From assembly GCA_040902005.1 (NCBI GenBank), contig JBBDYA010000105.1, forward strand, positions 1 through 16,836: a stretch of DNA of 16,836 nucleotides, read 5' to 3'. Numbering within the stretch: the first letter of the stretch is position 1; each line of letters opens with the position of its first letter. The translations under genes were made by a program, and so were the position numbers. The DNA is from Gemmatimonadaceae bacterium (GTDB taxonomy: Bacteria; Gemmatimonadota; Gemmatimonadetes; Gemmatimonadales; Gemmatimonadaceae). The notes under the pieces were generated by a model. The model saw only the letters and a list, made by a program, of their open reading frames with translations. It was not told where the DNA came from and made no database searches. Of this stretch, positions 15,533-16,836 are shown piece after piece.

Positions 15533-16408
15533 GTGAAGACGAAACGCACGATCCTGGTCACCGGCGGCGCCGGCCACGTGGGCTCCCACGTGATCGAACT
15601 GCTGCTGGAGGACGAGCGCAACCGGGTGATCTCGCTCGACAACTACTTCAACGGGTCACCCGAGAATCACATTCCCGGGGCCGAGTACCGGGAGGGGCAC
15701 ACCAGGGACATCGCCCGGCTGGTGCCCGAGACGCCGGACCTGGTGTTCCACCTGGGGGAGTACGCGCGCATCGCGCCCAGCTTCGAGGACGTGGATCTGG
15801 TGTACGATCTGAACATGGTGGGCACCTTTCGCGTGGCGGAGTTCTGCCGGATGCGGAAGGTGAAGAAGCTGGTGTACGCCGCTTCCAGCACGAAGTTCGC
15901 GATCGAGGGGGACGGGCGGCACCAGAACCCGTACTCGTTCACGAAAGCGGTGAACGTGGACCTGATCAACGACTATGGGCGGTGGTACAAGCTGCCGTAC
16001 GCGATCTGCTACTTCTACAACGGCTTCGGCCCGCGGGAGCGCGGAGACGGCAAGTACGCGACGGTCATCGCGAAATTCCAGCAGCAGTACCTGAGGGGCG
16101 AACCGCTCACGGTCGTACGGCCCGGAAGTCAAAAACGCGCTTTCACCCATGTCAGGGATCTGGCGCGTGGCATCATTCTCACTGGCGAACGGGGGCATGG
16201 CGACCGGTATGCCCTCGGCCAGACCAAGTCCTATTCGATTACTGAAATCGCCAGAGCATTCGGCGGACCGATCAAGTATGTGAGCGGCTATGCTGGCCGA
16301 GAGCGCGCAAGAAACCCGATAAAGGCGCGACGCGAGCTGGGGTGGAAGCCGACGATCGACGTCATGTCCTACATCCACCAGTTCGTGCGCGACAATCCGC
16401 GGCGCTAA
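15533..16408 (+). CDS. NAD-dependent epimerase/dehydratase (extended SDR), 291 aa
   Basis: [32 protein letters not shown] (YxxxK), [34 protein letters not shown] 6 nt before GTG 15533. Confidence 0.93.
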   Translation: MKTKRTILVTGGAGHVGSHVIELLLEDERNRVISLDNYFNGSPENHIPGAEYREGHTRDIARLVPETPDLVFHLGEYARIAPSFEDVDLVYDLNMVGTFRVAEFCRMRKVKKLVYAASSTKFAIEGDGRHQNPYSFTKAVNVDLINDYGRWYKLPYAICYFYNGFGPRERGDGKYATVIAKFQQQYLRGEPLTVVRPGSQKRAFTHVRDLARGIILTGERGHGDRYALGQTKSYSITEIARAFGGPIKYVSGYAGRERARNPIKARRELGWKPTIDVMSYIHQFVRDNPRR

Positions 16409-16418
16409 ATGCGAAGGC

Positions 16419-16529
16419 GGGCTCCGCAATCTCATCGTTGAAGAACATCTCTTCGTAGAGCTTCTCCCCGGGGCAAATGCCGGTGAACTCGATATCGGCA
16501 CCTTCTTCAAGTCCGGACAGCCTGATCAT
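16419..16529 (-). pseudogene. Fragment of a CapD/PglF-type nucleotide-sugar dehydratase (C-terminal motif)
   Basis: [37 protein letters not shown] matches the family motif IxLSG...DIxIxxxGxRPGEKLxEE, with an R-to-C change and an apparent small deletion. Not present in the ORF track. Confidence 0.85.
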
Positions 16530-16630
16530 GCGTGGCTGCGGCGGGCACAGCGCGCCCCACGAAGATCGCCGGCTTTCACGTGGACGTGGCGCCGCGCAAG
16601 ACGCTCATCGTGCTCACGAATCGCGACGTG
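16530..16630 (+). repeat. Partial direct-repeat copy of serA
   Basis: 16558-16630 is identical (73/73) to 11487-11559. 16530-16557 is a diverged copy of 11456-11486 (VAAAGTARP vs VATAGAPGRL). Confidence 0.95.
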
Positions 16631-16836
16631 AGCATCTGGAGCGTTCGTGGCCGGGTGGGAGGGGTTGCAGCGAATGAGGTGTTTGATCTCCCGCCGCAAT
16701 CAGCCGGCGTAGCCGTTCAATTACGGCAGTGCGCCCTCGGCGAGGCGGGGGCCAGACCGGCGTTCTGGGGGGTGGGCTACAGGTAAGCTCCCCTTCGAAG
16801 TAGACAGTTAGGTCGTAGACTCGAGGAGTGCAGTTG

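Noticed and set aside
11456..16630. serA repeat pair as DGR TR/VR or as attL/attR of an integrated element
   Set aside because: Mismatches are not adenine-specific, there is no reverse transcriptase or integrase in the window, and the sequence after 16630 is not the displaced serA 3' end.
12152..16784. GGGCTACAGGT at 12152-12162 and 16774-16784 (also GGGAAGCGGGCG at 5804 and 14968)
   Set aside because: Matches of 11-12 bp are expected by chance in 17 kb of GC-rich DNA, and there is no further shared context.
16805..16836. GTTAGGT (minus-strand ACCTAAC) as an integron attC core at the end of a possible minus-strand gene running off the window
   Set aside because: No complementary partner box or hairpin is visible, and too little sequence remains to call a gene.

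Overview
GC-rich bacterial window. The gene style suggests Gemmatimonadota, but that is inference only. Left end (minus strand): a two-gene unit, a HEAT-repeat protein followed by an HD-GYP phosphodiesterase. The two proteins share a roughly 130-aa N-terminal domain with a 'Y-x-x-GHP' motif that I cannot name. Then come plus-strand genes: two small proteins, a lipoprotein S8 subtilase without an obvious prodomain, tkt, a lipoprotein glucose/sorbosone dehydrogenase-family protein, a serA / FAD-linked 2-hydroxyacid dehydrogenase / serB cluster, and an extended-SDR epimerase. Almost every gap between these genes holds accessory or decayed DNA. This includes three different type II toxin-antitoxin modules (BrnTA-like, RHH/RelE, AbrB/VapC), all on the minus strand and all with the toxin broken by deletion. 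There is also an array of about 18 mixed 21/22-bp repeat units, a 109-nt imperfect hairpin, short fragments of an IS3 transposase and a CapD-family gene, and a 73-bp perfect copy of part of serA 5,071 bp downstream. Several genes look leaderless (TANNNT 6-8 nt before the start). All family calls come from motif recognition by eye; no searches were run.
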